DNA of 64,000 nt from a virus (IMGVR_UViG_3300037067_001516); one strand, 5' to 3'. Positions 21,797 to 31,381 are shown, counted from the first letter of the stretch. Notes: generated from the letters alone by a model not told the origin. Translations and numbers: made by a program.

Positions 21797-22003
21797 ATGA
21801 GTAATCTACTCTATGAATTGCTAACACCTGAGTGGACGCGACAGTTTTGCGTGTCAGACAGAGGGTTCGCAATTCTTCAAACCGCCTCAGTCAAAGCAAC
21901 ATTGGCAGACCAAGAGGCGTACATTAGAGAATCTGCCAGCTCTAGCGAAGTCCCAGGGCTTCTCAACGCCTTATCATATGCGCATGATAAAGGCTTACTT
22001 TAA
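21797..22003 (+). CDS. hypothetical protein (68 aa)
   Basis: ORF downstream of the repeated motif. Confidence 0.45.
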   Translation: MSNLLYELLTPEWTRQFCVSDRGFAILQTASVKATLADQEAYIRESASSSEVPGLLNALSYAHDKGLL

Positions 22004-22012
22004 TTTATATTA

Positions 22013-22363
22013 ATGCTTAGCAATACAAACCAATGGTTTATAGTGCTAGCTAGATTAAACACTATGAAAAGTACAATAGCTTATGCTGAGGGTGTAAAAC
22101 CCCAAACAAGAGAAAGAGCTTTCTGGCCAACAATCGGTTCGGCCTGGAATTCAAAGAAAGCCGCAGGTGCCATCTCAATAGAGATAGGCAGGAAGACTAA
22201 GAGCAAGGTTACCGGCGAGTTATCGTCAGTCTTTAAAGAAGTAACCTTAGCTGAGGGTTCAAGATTGTATCTTCAACCAAACAAGACCAAGGAAGCAGGT
22301 AGCAAAGCTCCTGACTACTTCGTAGCTCTTGTCACTGATGAAGATGAGGCTTCTGCTCAATAG
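22013..22363 (+). CDS. hypothetical protein (116 aa)
   Basis: ORF with GC-rich hairpin plus T-run shortly downstream (22371-22395). Confidence 0.5.
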   Translation: MLSNTNQWFIVLARLNTMKSTIAYAEGVKPQTRERAFWPTIGSAWNSKKAAGAISIEIGRKTKSKVTGELSSVFKEVTLAEGSRLYLQPNKTKEAGSKAPDYFVALVTDEDEASAQ

Positions 22364-22423
22364 CAGAGTTAAGATTAGGGTGGGCTTCTGCTCACCCTTT
22401 TCTTATATTACCAGACTTTCAAT

Positions 22424-22456
22424 AGGTCTAACCCACGTTTTTGGTAGCGTATATAT
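22424..22456 (+). promoter_or_regulatory. copy 5: AGGTCTAACCCACGTTTTTGGTAGCG, upstream of ORF 22463
   Basis: See copy 1. Confidence 0.45.
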
Positions 22457-22462
22457 ATCTTC

Positions 22463-22678
22463 GTGTATATTTTTATTATTAATATTCAATCTATGATCAA
22501 ACTTTGGACCATGCTTTCAAATGGTAAGGACAAACTTACTGTCCTTATGGATGACAACAAGCGCCGAGCCTACAATTCGGCCAGGACTAACCTCTTTAAT
22601 AGAGGAGAGATAGGTAGGTACCTAGCTATAATAGTATTAGTTATCGGTGCCTTTTTCTTAATCATTTCTTTACTCTAG
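22463..22678 (+). CDS. small membrane protein (71 aa), C-terminal TM helix
   Basis: Hydrophobic C-terminus LAIIVLVIGAFFLIISLL. Confidence 0.45.
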   Translation: MYIFIINIQSMIKLWTMLSNGKDKLTVLMDDNKRRAYNSARTNLFNRGEIGRYLAIIVLVIGAFFLIISLL

Positions 22679-23022
22679 TTTTTCATTTCATGCCCGTATT
22701 CATTGGTCTTTCTTGTTGTTTCTCTCTTCACTATAGGAATATCCTTGCTATACTCTGCCTTGAGATAACTCATTGATATACTTAACTCATTAAACTTAAT
22801 CGCTTTATGATTACACGAAAACAAAAACTCATTCTCATTCTCTATACTGCGTTCCTTATAGTTCTTACCTCACCCATAACGGGGCCGAAGTTTTACATTG
22901 CTTCATTCCTAGGGTGCCTCTCAGTATTCCTCTTATATATTGGAGCAGTTAAAAGCAATGGCCAAAGACCGGAAGATCCTAAATAATTCATTGATATATT
23001 TATTAACTCACATTATAAAACT

Positions 23023-23304
23023 ATGGCGAAAAAAGATGAAGAAGTCTTAGATCGTTTATCTAAGTTAGAGGCCGTGATTGCTGGCTTAAGTTCACTCATT
23101 ACTACTAAACTTACAGGCGCCAGAGACTTCAAATTTACTCGTAAGATTACCTTGAGTAACTATGATCCTAATAAGAAGTACGAGACTGAAGATTATGGTG
23201 TTACTCATGACAGTTTCAAAGAAGCCAGGGCCGAAGTTGAACCTGCTGTTAGAGAAAGGATAGAGGAACTTCATGGCTTTAAGGAAGTCAAAACTAAGGA
23301 ATAA
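23023..23304 (+). CDS. hypothetical protein (93 aa)
   Basis: ORF. Confidence 0.5.
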   Translation: MAKKDEEVLDRLSKLEAVIAGLSSLITTKLTGARDFKFTRKITLSNYDPNKKYETEDYGVTHDSFKEARAEVEPAVRERIEELHGFKEVKTKE

Positions 23305-23468
23305 AAAGAGGATTGAAGATATCTTCACTCTTACACACAAGATAGTAAAATCGTGTCATAATAAGCACGATTTTGCTGGGTTTTTATCACTTTATTATCA
23401 TGATATCTTATATGATTTTTGTCTATAGTCTATATATAGCAATTCTATAAGAGTCTTATCAAAACTTT

Positions 23469-23774
23469 ATGGTACAATATAATCAAACATTTAAATGGAA
23501 ATTCTATTCTGTTCGTCTTAATGGAAAAGAATTCTTCATGGTAGACAAAGGAAAGACACAACCGATTAGTGATCTCTGGCAGACACTTGAGCAAGCTTTA
23601 CTACAAGCAGGAGTATCTTATGCTGTCGTCATGCCACAAGGTGAAGTCATAACTTATGGCGAGACTATCGGCTTTATTAAAGATGAAGATAAGAAGTTGA
23701 TCAATCAAAAGTTAATTAACATTAAACTTAAAGAGATGTCCGACTTACCAGCTGACAAATCTTCTAAGAAATAA
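23469..23774 (+). CDS. hypothetical protein (101 aa)
   Basis: ORF. Confidence 0.5.
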   Translation: MVQYNQTFKWKFYSVRLNGKEFFMVDKGKTQPISDLWQTLEQALLQAGVSYAVVMPQGEVITYGETIGFIKDEDKKLINQKLINIKLKEMSDLPADKSSKK

Positions 23775-23776
23775 CT

Positions 23777-24085
23777 ATGAGTAAATCATATGTTACTCTA
23801 GCAGTCTGTCCTATCTGCCAAAAAGATACTGGAGAGATTCTACTAGATAAAAGACTTCGTGATACATTCGAGATGCGTACGGTCACACCTGATCCATGTG
23901 ACGAATGCCGGAAGAAGTATCTATCTAAGGGCGTACTGCTTATCAGTAAAGATACTGGCGACCTTGTAGTTATAAAAGACAAAGCTTTTACTGGTATGTT
24001 TGACAAGCCGATACCTAAAGGTAAGATAGCTTTTTGTGATCAAGAAATCATTAATCATATTAATAAATCGTTACCTAAAGATTAA
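23777..24085 (+). CDS. hypothetical Cys-containing protein (102 aa)
   Basis: ORF; CPICQ...CDEC motif. Confidence 0.5.
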   Translation: MSKSYVTLAVCPICQKDTGEILLDKRLRDTFEMRTVTPDPCDECRKKYLSKGVLLISKDTGDLVVIKDKAFTGMFDKPIPKGKIAFCDQEIINHINKSLPKD

Positions 24086-24347
24086 ACTTATGAAAGTAAA
24101 ACAACTTAAGAAGCTACTTGAAAAAGTAGATGATGATAGAATCGTAATTCTTCAAAACGATTCAGAGGGTAATGGCTTCAGTCCATTATCAGATATAGAT
24201 TATAAGAATGTAGTATATAAAGCCGAGAGCACTTGGTCGGGTGAGATCGGTTTAGAAAAATTAACACCAACTTTAATTAAAGCTGGGTATACAAAAGATG
24301 ATCTTTCTACGGGAGAGAAAGCATTAATTTTGATACCAGTTAATTAA
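24036..24347 (+). CDS. hypothetical protein (true start probably at internal Met MKVKQLKK, about 24090)
   Basis: ORF overlaps the upstream gene by 50 nt; the internal ATG removes the overlap. Confidence 0.4.
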   Translation: MIKKSLIILINRYLKIKLMKVKQLKKLLEKVDDDRIVILQNDSEGNGFSPLSDIDYKNVVYKAESTWSGEIGLEKLTPTLIKAGYTKDDLSTGEKALILIPVN

Positions 24348-24355
24348 TCGAAGGC

Positions 24356-24541
24356 ATGAAAGAAATAAAATATATTGAAACATACAGAGGTTACAAGATA
24401 GTTTTTGATACATCATGGAATGAATGGAATAAAACAAACAACTTATATACTGTTTGTGGATTAGGTAGAGATTTTGATGGACCTATAGAAAATGTAAGAG
24501 CCAAAATTGATATGATGTTTGAGAAATACAATACTAATTAA
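24356..24541 (+). CDS. hypothetical protein (61 aa)
   Basis: ORF. Confidence 0.4.
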   Translation: MKEIKYIETYRGYKIVFDTSWNEWNKTNNLYTVCGLGRDFDGPIENVRAKIDMMFEKYNTN

Positions 24542-24552
24542 ATAATCCAGCT

Positions 24553-24828
24553 TTGGCTGGCACAAAACATATGTCTAGTACATACTATGATCCGCCAACA
24601 GATGAAGTATTCGCTAAAATTAAAAAGGCCGCGATAAGTATCTGGAAATCTTATGATGATACTAATGGCTATGCCAGCGGCAAGATAGATAAGATAAAAA
24701 ATCTTGATAACATTCAAGACAATGCTATGTATATTGTTTCTATGTTTGACTTTGATAATCAAGCTAAGTTATTCGACATAGTCGGACAGGATATTACAGC
24801 ATGGATCTTAGAAAAATTAAAACAATAA
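24553..24828 (+). CDS. hypothetical protein (91 aa)
   Basis: ORF. Confidence 0.45.
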   Translation: MAGTKHMSSTYYDPPTDEVFAKIKKAAISIWKSYDDTNGYASGKIDKIKNLDNIQDNAMYIVSMFDFDNQAKLFDIVGQDITAWILEKLKQ

Positions 24829-25070
24829 TTCTTATGTTAAAAAGAAAATCTGTAAAGATTAAGAAAGAGGTTATCTTTCCTAAATGCACTAAGTGCTGGG
24901 ATAAAGGTTACTCTACTGAACTAATCGGCGGACAATTTTGTCTAGCTGATTTCATTGGAGATAAAACATATAGGACCAAAGGCCCAGGAATCATAGTTAA
25001 ACTATGCGACTGTGGCCGAGGTAAAGACTTAGTTATATTCTTTAATCTTAAGAAACAATTCAAGATATGA
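24801..25070 (+). CDS. zinc-ribbon small protein (89 aa)
   Basis: CTKCW...CDCGRG. Confidence 0.45.
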   Translation: MDLRKIKTIILMLKRKSVKIKKEVIFPKCTKCWDKGYSTELIGGQFCLADFIGDKTYRTKGPGIIVKLCDCGRGKDLVIFFNLKKQFKI

Positions 25071-25357
25071 GAATTCAAATAATTAGAATCACTCCTAAGA
25101 AAAGAAAGATTCGATTTGTTTATAATGACTCAAACTTATTGAAGTTGCTTCATAAAGATATCTATCAGTTCGTAGTTGATATGATCTTCCCAAACAATTG
25201 TATTGAAAGAATCTATGTCAGCAAACTCTATGAGTGTAGCTATCTAGATTTTTTAATAGAGTTAAACAAAGAAATGGATCAATGCGGTAAGTATGATGAT
25301 AAGTATTTAGTTAGAGCTGCCATTAAAAGGCTCGGCAAACCATTATTATTTACTTAG
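25067..25357 (+). CDS. hypothetical protein (96 aa)
   Basis: ORF; 4-nt overlap with the upstream stop. Confidence 0.45.
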   Translation: MRIQIIRITPKKRKIRFVYNDSNLLKLLHKDIYQFVVDMIFPNNCIERIYVSKLYECSYLDFLIELNKEMDQCGKYDDKYLVRAAIKRLGKPLLFT

Positions 25358-25361
25358 TAAT

Positions 25362-25778
25362 ATGAATGTATTATTTCTGGACATAGATGGCGTAGTAAAC
25401 TGCGCCACTACAACACAAAGACATCGCGGAGTGATAGGTATTGATCCTTATATGGCTTTAATCGTTGGGAATATAGTCGATAAAACCAACGTTAAAGTTG
25501 TGCTGTCTTCAACATGGAGACTATGGAAACATACTAAAGAAGAAGTTGAAGCACAAGTAGTTAAACTTTACGATGTAACACCGCATCTTGGCGGCCTAGA
25601 TAGAGGCTATGAGATTAAAGAATGGCTAGATCAACATCCTGATGTGGAAAGATATGCCATACTTGATGATAATTCTGATATGTTGCCGGAACAAATGGAC
25701 CATTTCTTCCAGACAACATGGAAAGATGGCATAAATCAAACTATAGCCGACAAAATTATAAGTTATTTCTTAGACTAA
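25362..25778 (+). CDS. HAD-superfamily phosphatase-like protein (138 aa)
   Basis: HAD motif I FLDIDGVVN, motif II VVLSSTW, C-terminal acidic motif ILDDNSD. Confidence 0.55.
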   Translation: MNVLFLDIDGVVNCATTTQRHRGVIGIDPYMALIVGNIVDKTNVKVVLSSTWRLWKHTKEEVEAQVVKLYDVTPHLGGLDRGYEIKEWLDQHPDVERYAILDDNSDMLPEQMDHFFQTTWKDGINQTIADKIISYFLD

Positions 25779-25782
25779 TCTT

Positions 25783-25932
25783 ATGGCGAAATATAAAATA
25801 CTCAGGTTCTATACTAATAAGAATCCTGAAGTAATTAAAACAGGTTTAACATTAAAGCAGGCCAAAGAACATTGTTCCAATCCTGATACAAGCAAGACTG
25901 GAAAGTGGTTTGATGGTTATGCTGAAGAATAA
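25783..25932 (+). CDS. small hypothetical protein (49 aa)
   Basis: Fills the gap between flanking genes; below the ORF-track cutoff. Confidence 0.3.
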   Translation: MAKYKILRFYTNKNPEVIKTGLTLKQAKEHCSNPDTSKTGKWFDGYAEE

Positions 25933-25934
25933 AT

Positions 25935-26246
25935 ATGAATAAACAAAAAGGTTTTACATTGGTTGAACTGTTAGTTGTCATCGCTATCTTAGGTTTGCTA
26001 GTAACATTATTAGCAGTAAGTTATAGAGAATCTAGATTAAAAATAGATTGTGATAATGGTGATAGTTCAGCTTGTATTGAGTTAGAAAAGAATAATACAA
26101 TGCAAAATAAAAAAGAAAATAAAGAATTATCATGTGAAAAAGATAGAGCTTATTGCCGACACCAATGTGTTGGATACTCTGATGAATTAAATAATTGTTT
26201 AATAAAATGCGATATAGAAAAAGAGTATTGCTTATCGCTTAAATAA
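25935..26246 (+). CDS. type IV prepilin-like protein (class III signal peptide) with Cys-rich C-terminal domain (103 aa)
   Basis: N-terminus MNKQKG|FTLVELLVVIAILGLL: canonical prepilin cleavage/methylation motif (G-1, F+1, E+5, hydrophobic helix). 8 Cys in the C-terminal 60 aa. Confidence 0.6.
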   Translation: MNKQKGFTLVELLVVIAILGLLVTLLAVSYRESRLKIDCDNGDSSACIELEKNNTMQNKKENKELSCEKDRAYCRHQCVGYSDELNNCLIKCDIEKEYCLSLK

Positions 26247-26251
26247 AAATT

Positions 26252-26710
26252 ATGAATCCTAAATCAATTAAGAATTCAATTAAAAAAGGAAAGTTTAAAG
26301 TAGGTCAGCATGTTGTTATCTCTTCTCGTCCTTACTATAGTGTAGATAGGGATAGAACTTATTTAAATCCTGGCGGTATATGTGATATCGGTAGTAAACA
26401 CATAATTGCAGGAGCAATAGATAGTGATGGTGATTATGAAATCAAAGATGAAGGAGAAGAGATAAGTAATGTCAACGAGTCATGCCTATCTCTTGTTAAA
26501 GATTATAAACATAAGCAAGTAAAATTCTTACTCAAGTATGATCTTGACATTGATCCAATAGAAGAATATGAATCAATGGAAGAAGTTCGGACAAGAATCC
26601 AATACTTACTAGACAATGAAGATAGTTCGGACAAGGATAGTATTGTTGTGTACGAAATAAAATCTGTACACAAAGTAACAATCTCTAACAAGATTACTAT
26701 CTCTAAATAA
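26252..26710 (+). CDS. hypothetical acidic protein (152 aa)
   Basis: ORF. Confidence 0.5.
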   Translation: MNPKSIKNSIKKGKFKVGQHVVISSRPYYSVDRDRTYLNPGGICDIGSKHIIAGAIDSDGDYEIKDEGEEISNVNESCLSLVKDYKHKQVKFLLKYDLDIDPIEEYESMEEVRTRIQYLLDNEDSSDKDSIVVYEIKSVHKVTISNKITISK

Positions 26711-26736
26711 GTAGTATATAAACTAGAAAATTAATT

Positions 26737-27837
26737 ATGATTAAAGATTTTCCTAAGCTCTATGAGCAATCAAGCACGGGTAAAGTTAAACACTGGCAGA
26801 TTTCTGTGACTAAAGAATCTGAAAAACTTAGCATAATAACAGTTATGTATGGTGCTGGAGACAGTAAGGTTCGTGTATCTGAATCTAAGATAACAAGCGG
26901 TAAGAATCTTGGTAAGTCGAATGAAACATCAGCCTTTGATCAAGCAGTATCAGAAGCTGAAGCTACCTGGAAGCATAAGAAAGATAAAGGTTATGTAGAA
27001 AATTTGGCTAATCTTAGCGATGAAGTATTACTTCCTATGCTTGCGCATAAGTTTCAAGAACGTAAGCACGATATAGTTTATCCTGCCTACGTTCAGCCTA
27101 AACTTGATGGTGTTAGATGTCTAGCAAAATTACTAGATGATGGAACTATCAAATATTATTCTAGGATGGGCAAAGAATTCACAACTCTCGGGCACTTAAC
27201 TCCATCATTACTTAAGATCATGGCACCAGGCATGACATTGGATGGAGAAATATATTCTCATGATTATACATTCCAAGAAATGATTTCATTTGTTAAAAAG
27301 CTTCGGCCTCAAAGTAAAGATCTTGAGTATCATATCTTTGACATTGTAAGCAATGAAACATTTGTTAATCGATTATACTTCTTGGATAGTATTAAATCAG
27401 CATTGAATCATAATCAGTATGTTAAGTTTCTTAAAACTGAATTAGTAATGTCTGAAGCAGAAATTAAAATAAAACATGATGAGTATGTTAAAGCTGGATA
27501 TGAGGGATTAATCATTCGTAATAAAGATGGTTACTATTCTTTAAAGAAAAGATCCAAGGATCTCCAGAAGTATAAAGAGTTTAAAGATGAAGAGTTTATA
27601 ATAACAGGAGGACAGTCAAGCACTGGCACAGAGGTCGACTGTGTTATCTTTACTGTTAAGAATAAAAAGAATCAAGAGTTTGCCGTTAGGCCACGAGGAT
27701 CTTTCGCCCAACGTAAGCAGTGGTTGAAAGATATAAACAAATTAATTAATAAGAAATTAATTGTTCGGTTCCAAGAACTTACTGATGATGGGATCCCAAG
27801 ATTTCCAGTAGGTATTGGAGTCCGCGACTATGAATAG
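26737..27837 (+). CDS. ATP-dependent DNA ligase (nucleotidyltransferase motif I KLDG)
   Basis: VQPKLDGVRC (motif I KxDG), EGLIIRNKDGYY (motif IV), LKKRSKDLQKYK (motif V), OB-like C-terminus. Confidence 0.7.
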   Translation: MIKDFPKLYEQSSTGKVKHWQISVTKESEKLSIITVMYGAGDSKVRVSESKITSGKNLGKSNETSAFDQAVSEAEATWKHKKDKGYVENLANLSDEVLLPMLAHKFQERKHDIVYPAYVQPKLDGVRCLAKLLDDGTIKYYSRMGKEFTTLGHLTPSLLKIMAPGMTLDGEIYSHDYTFQEMISFVKKLRPQSKDLEYHIFDIVSNETFVNRLYFLDSIKSALNHNQYVKFLKTELVMSEAEIKIKHDEYVKAGYEGLIIRNKDGYYSLKKRSKDLQKYKEFKDEEFIITGGQSSTGTEVDCVIFTVKNKKNQEFAVRPRGSFAQRKQWLKDINKLINKKLIVRFQELTDDGIPRFPVGIGVRDYE

Positions 27838-28008
27838 TATGGCTCTAAGAAAATATCAAGTCAATTATCTTTTTGAAGGTAGAGGCAAGTATATAATAAA
27901 AGCTATTTCAAAATCTAAAGCAAGAAAAATATTCTTTGAAGCTGAGAAACAACATTATAATTGTCATATAGAAAGTATAGAAGAAATTTAATTTAATAAA
28001 AGATTATT

Positions 28009-28281
28009 ATGACCGAACAATCAAAATTTAATGAAGTAATAAAACTAACAGAAGATATCAGTTTTAAACTAGCAGAACAGAAAGCTAGAAAATTTCTTAG
28101 AGAGAATCCTCATCTAGCTAATGGCTACATACTTATTACTTGTCCGGATGTGACTGACTTGTTTATAATAAAACAAAAGCAAGTTAGGGTATGCACATCA
28201 AAAGAATGGGCAAACTATTTTAGAACATTCATGTGTTATAATCAGCCAAGATTTAAGTGGCCTTTAAAAAATAAAGAATAA
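28009..28281 (+). CDS. hypothetical protein (90 aa)
   Basis: ORF. Confidence 0.45.
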   Translation: MTEQSKFNEVIKLTEDISFKLAEQKARKFLRENPHLANGYILITCPDVTDLFIIKQKQVRVCTSKEWANYFRTFMCYNQPRFKWPLKNKE

Positions 28282-28409
28282 CATTATGAAAGATCATCCA
28301 TTATTATTAATATGTTTAACAATTGTAGGACTGATAGCAGTGTTCACTTTGTGGTTCTCGTTATTCATGATGTCCGAAATAAGAAATTGTTTAAACATGG
28401 TATGTTAAT

Positions 28410-29054
28410 ATGAAGAACAAAGTTAACAAAAGAATAATCGATCGGTATAAGAAAGTTATTAGGATGTATAAGACTAAAAATTATTCTTTAAATTTGATCG
28501 GAAGACAAGTAGGTTTAACAAGAGAAAGAGTTCGTCAGATTGTTGAATCTCATCTAGTTTTAACTAGACAAGATAGACTTACGTTTGTGCACGCTAAAGT
28601 AATCCAACATAGGATAGATAAATACGGTAGTATAAAGAATTATAATAAATTTATTAATGATCAAGCACGTATTAGATTATTAAAAGCCGCGGCTAAAAAG
28701 AATGGTAAGTGGCATTGGAGATACGATAAGTGTATTGAATGCGGTACAACTGAACGTCCTCACTTCTCTGGAGGTAGATGCCATGCTTGTTATGGCAGAA
28801 AAAGATACCAAGACAATCCTGAAGTTAGAGAAGCTAAGAAAATTAGTACTAAGAAGTGGACAGAAAACAATCTGGAACATTTCAAGGCACAGCAAAAAAT
28901 ATATCTTAAAGAATATCTTCAGCGTCCAGAAGTAAAAGAAAGAATGCGTAAAGCACAGAAGAAAAGATATTATGATGATATTGAAGCATCTAGAAAAAGA
29001 TCAAGAGATTCTTATCGTAGATGCAAAGCAAAATTAAAAAGTTTAAAGAAATAA
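28410..29054 (+). CDS. putative transcription regulator: sigma-70 region-4-like HTH plus zinc ribbon, very basic C-terminus (214 aa)
   Basis: LIGRQVGLTRERVRQIVESH resembles the sigma region 4.2 / LuxR-type HTH; CIECG...CHACYG zinc ribbon. Confidence 0.45.
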   Translation: MKNKVNKRIIDRYKKVIRMYKTKNYSLNLIGRQVGLTRERVRQIVESHLVLTRQDRLTFVHAKVIQHRIDKYGSIKNYNKFINDQARIRLLKAAAKKNGKWHWRYDKCIECGTTERPHFSGGRCHACYGRKRYQDNPEVREAKKISTKKWTENNLEHFKAQQKIYLKEYLQRPEVKERMRKAQKKRYYDDIEASRKRSRDSYRRCKAKLKSLKK

Positions 29055-29058
29055 ATTT

Positions 29059-29460
29059 ATGGAAATATTTCTTACTGTAGCAGTATCTATTTTAATAGTT
29101 GTCTTTGCAAGTATAGTTGCGAGGACGATGATTATTAATGGAAAGAACTATCATAGGACTGTGCAAGGATCTGTATTCAACGAAGTAAAAACATTAGCAG
29201 CTTTATCAGAACTAGGTCCCAAGTTTATTTACTTGGAAGACTTTGAATTTCATGCTAACAAAACTGGTGATGATTGTTATTTAAGAATAGAGAAATTAGT
29301 TGGCGGAGAAGATATAGGGATATCTTTCAGAGGTTTTAAATTCGCCGAAGTATTAGATCTATTCTATAAATGGTATGAAAGGAATCGTGATGACATTTCT
29401 AGAGCCATTGAGATGGCGTCTTCAAGCGGCCCACATAAAAGACTTAAAGATTTAAAGTAA
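29059..29460 (+). CDS. membrane-anchored protein (133 aa)
   Basis: N-terminal TM helix IFLTVAVSILIVVFASIVA. Confidence 0.5.
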   Translation: MEIFLTVAVSILIVVFASIVARTMIINGKNYHRTVQGSVFNEVKTLAALSELGPKFIYLEDFEFHANKTGDDCYLRIEKLVGGEDIGISFRGFKFAEVLDLFYKWYERNRDDISRAIEMASSSGPHKRLKDLK

Positions 29461-29465
29461 AACTT

Positions 29466-29696
29466 ATGACAGATAAAATTTTATGGTGGTGTTATCTTCA
29501 TACTAATGGGCACATCCAAGCTAAGCGTTATTTTGACCAAAGAGATTTAGATGATGCTGATGAAAGTCCATTCGTTAAAAGAAGATCTTCACCATTCGAA
29601 GCTGAAGATAGAGATGATGCTATTAAGAAGTTTCATGATGATCTTGTAGCAATACATATTCTTCATGAACTTACTAAAAACAATGAACAAGTTTAA
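29466..29696 (+). CDS. hypothetical protein (76 aa)
   Basis: ORF. Confidence 0.45.
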   Translation: MTDKILWWCYLHTNGHIQAKRYFDQRDLDDADESPFVKRRSSPFEAEDRDDAIKKFHDDLVAIHILHELTKNNEQV

Positions 29697-30897
29697 AAAT
29701 GATGACTATAAAGTTCCAGTGTTTTCATGGTGTCCTAACATACATGATAGCGCTGTTGAACAAATAGATCATCTAGCAAAATTGCCATTCGTGTTTCATC
29801 ATGTAGCTCTTATGCCTGATAACCATAAAGGTTATGGCATGCCGATCGGAAGCGTAATAGCTACAGAGAATGTTATTATCCCAAATGCTGTAGGTTTAGA
29901 CATAGGATGCGGTATGTGCGCTGTTAAGACTTCATTAGAAAGTATAAGTCCAAAACAGTTGAAGAATATAATGGGAGAGATCCGTAAGGTTATACCATTG
30001 GGCAAAGCTCATCATGATTTTGTTGTTGGAAGTCCTGAATGGAAAACTAATGAAGATAAAATGGCGGAACTAGGTTTTGATTTACCTAGAGATAGTATTA
30101 ACAGTCTATCAGGCATAGTTAATAGAGAATATATAAGAGCAGTTAACCAATTGGGAACACTAGGCGGTGGTAATCACTTCATAGAAATTCAAAAAGGATC
30201 TGATGGATTCATTTGGATCATGATTCATTCAGGCTCGCGTAATCTTGGTAAACAAGTAGCTGAACATTATAACAATGTAGCCATTAACTTAAATAAGAAA
30301 TGGCATAGTGTTGTTCCAGAATCTTGGGAACTAGCGTTCTTACCTATGGACAGCGAAGAAGGACAAGACTATCTTCTTGAAATGGATTATTGTATTAAGT
30401 TTGCCTTGGCTAACCGTAAGTTAATGATGGAAAAAATTGTTGATATCTTTATCAAAGAATTTCTGCATCTATTAGATTTTGATCCAATGATTAACATCGC
30501 ACATAATTATGCATCAATGGAAAATCATTTCAAAAAGAATGTAATGGTCCATCGTAAAGGAGCAACGCTTGCCAGAGATAATACAATAGGGATTATACCA
30601 GGCAGTCAGGGTTCACACTCATATATCGTTAGTGGTAAAGGAAATAAAGACAGCTTCACATCATGCTCACATGGAGCAGGTCGATTGATGGGAAGAAAAC
30701 AAGCAATAAAAGATCTTAACTTGAAAGATGAAATCAAAAAGTTAGATGATCAAGGTATCATCCACAGCATCAGACATGCAAAAGATCTTGAAGAAGCGCC
30801 AAGTGCTTATAAAGATATAGACGAAGTAATGGACAACCAAGTTGATCTTGTTGACGTAGTAACAAGGCTTGATCCATTAGCAGTTATCAAAGGATAA
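29665..30897 (+). CDS. rtcB: RtcB-family RNA 3'-phosphate ligase
   Basis: Conserved RtcB blocks GLDIGCGM, GGGNHFIE, HNYASMENHF, GSHSYIV, SCSHGAGR (metal- and GTP-binding His/Cys residues). Confidence 0.75.
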   Translation: MNLLKTMNKFKNDDYKVPVFSWCPNIHDSAVEQIDHLAKLPFVFHHVALMPDNHKGYGMPIGSVIATENVIIPNAVGLDIGCGMCAVKTSLESISPKQLKNIMGEIRKVIPLGKAHHDFVVGSPEWKTNEDKMAELGFDLPRDSINSLSGIVNREYIRAVNQLGTLGGGNHFIEIQKGSDGFIWIMIHSGSRNLGKQVAEHYNNVAINLNKKWHSVVPESWELAFLPMDSEEGQDYLLEMDYCIKFALANRKLMMEKIVDIFIKEFLHLLDFDPMINIAHNYASMENHFKKNVMVHRKGATLARDNTIGIIPGSQGSHSYIVSGKGNKDSFTSCSHGAGRLMGRKQAIKDLNLKDEIKKLDDQGIIHSIRHAKDLEEAPSAYKDIDEVMDNQVDLVDVVTRLDPLAVIKG

Positions 30898-30898
30898 T

Positions 30899-31180
30899 AT
30901 GATTAAAATTTATGCATTTATATTGGTGTTACAAGATAAAAAAAGTATAAAAAGAATCCTATTTCATGAAATAGGTACTGATTTTTATGACATTGTTGAG
31001 AAAGCAAAAACAAAAGCAGCAAAAGATTTTAATTTTCCTAGAGAAGATGTTGAAGTATCTCCAGCTACAGATTGTATTACATTAGAACAAGTTCTAGATG
31101 CTGCAAAATTAGATCTTAAAGATTTAGTTAAACAAGCTAGATTGGCAGATGATGTTAATTCTTTAGAAGAAAAGTTATGA
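30899..31180 (+). CDS. hypothetical protein (93 aa)
   Basis: ORF. Confidence 0.45.
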   Translation: MIKIYAFILVLQDKKSIKRILFHEIGTDFYDIVEKAKTKAAKDFNFPREDVEVSPATDCITLEQVLDAAKLDLKDLVKQARLADDVNSLEEKL

Positions 31181-31380
31181 TCAAAACAATTAAGACAGAA
31201 CATTGCGAAACATGTTCTAAAGAACTTAAACACTGGGCGAGTGTTAGTGTTAGAATAACTAATCCTTGGCATGTATATAGACGAAGCGGCAGACCATTTG
31301 TATATATTTGGTCGTTTAAGTTCTGCAAGAAAGATCTCAAATCATTCTTGAAGTTACTTAATAACTTTATAAGTAAATGA
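31177..31380 (+). CDS. hypothetical Cys/His protein (67 aa)
   Basis: ORF. Confidence 0.4.
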   Translation: MIKTIKTEHCETCSKELKHWASVSVRITNPWHVYRRSGRPFVYIWSFKFCKKDLKSFLKLLNNFISK

Positions 31381-31381
31381 T

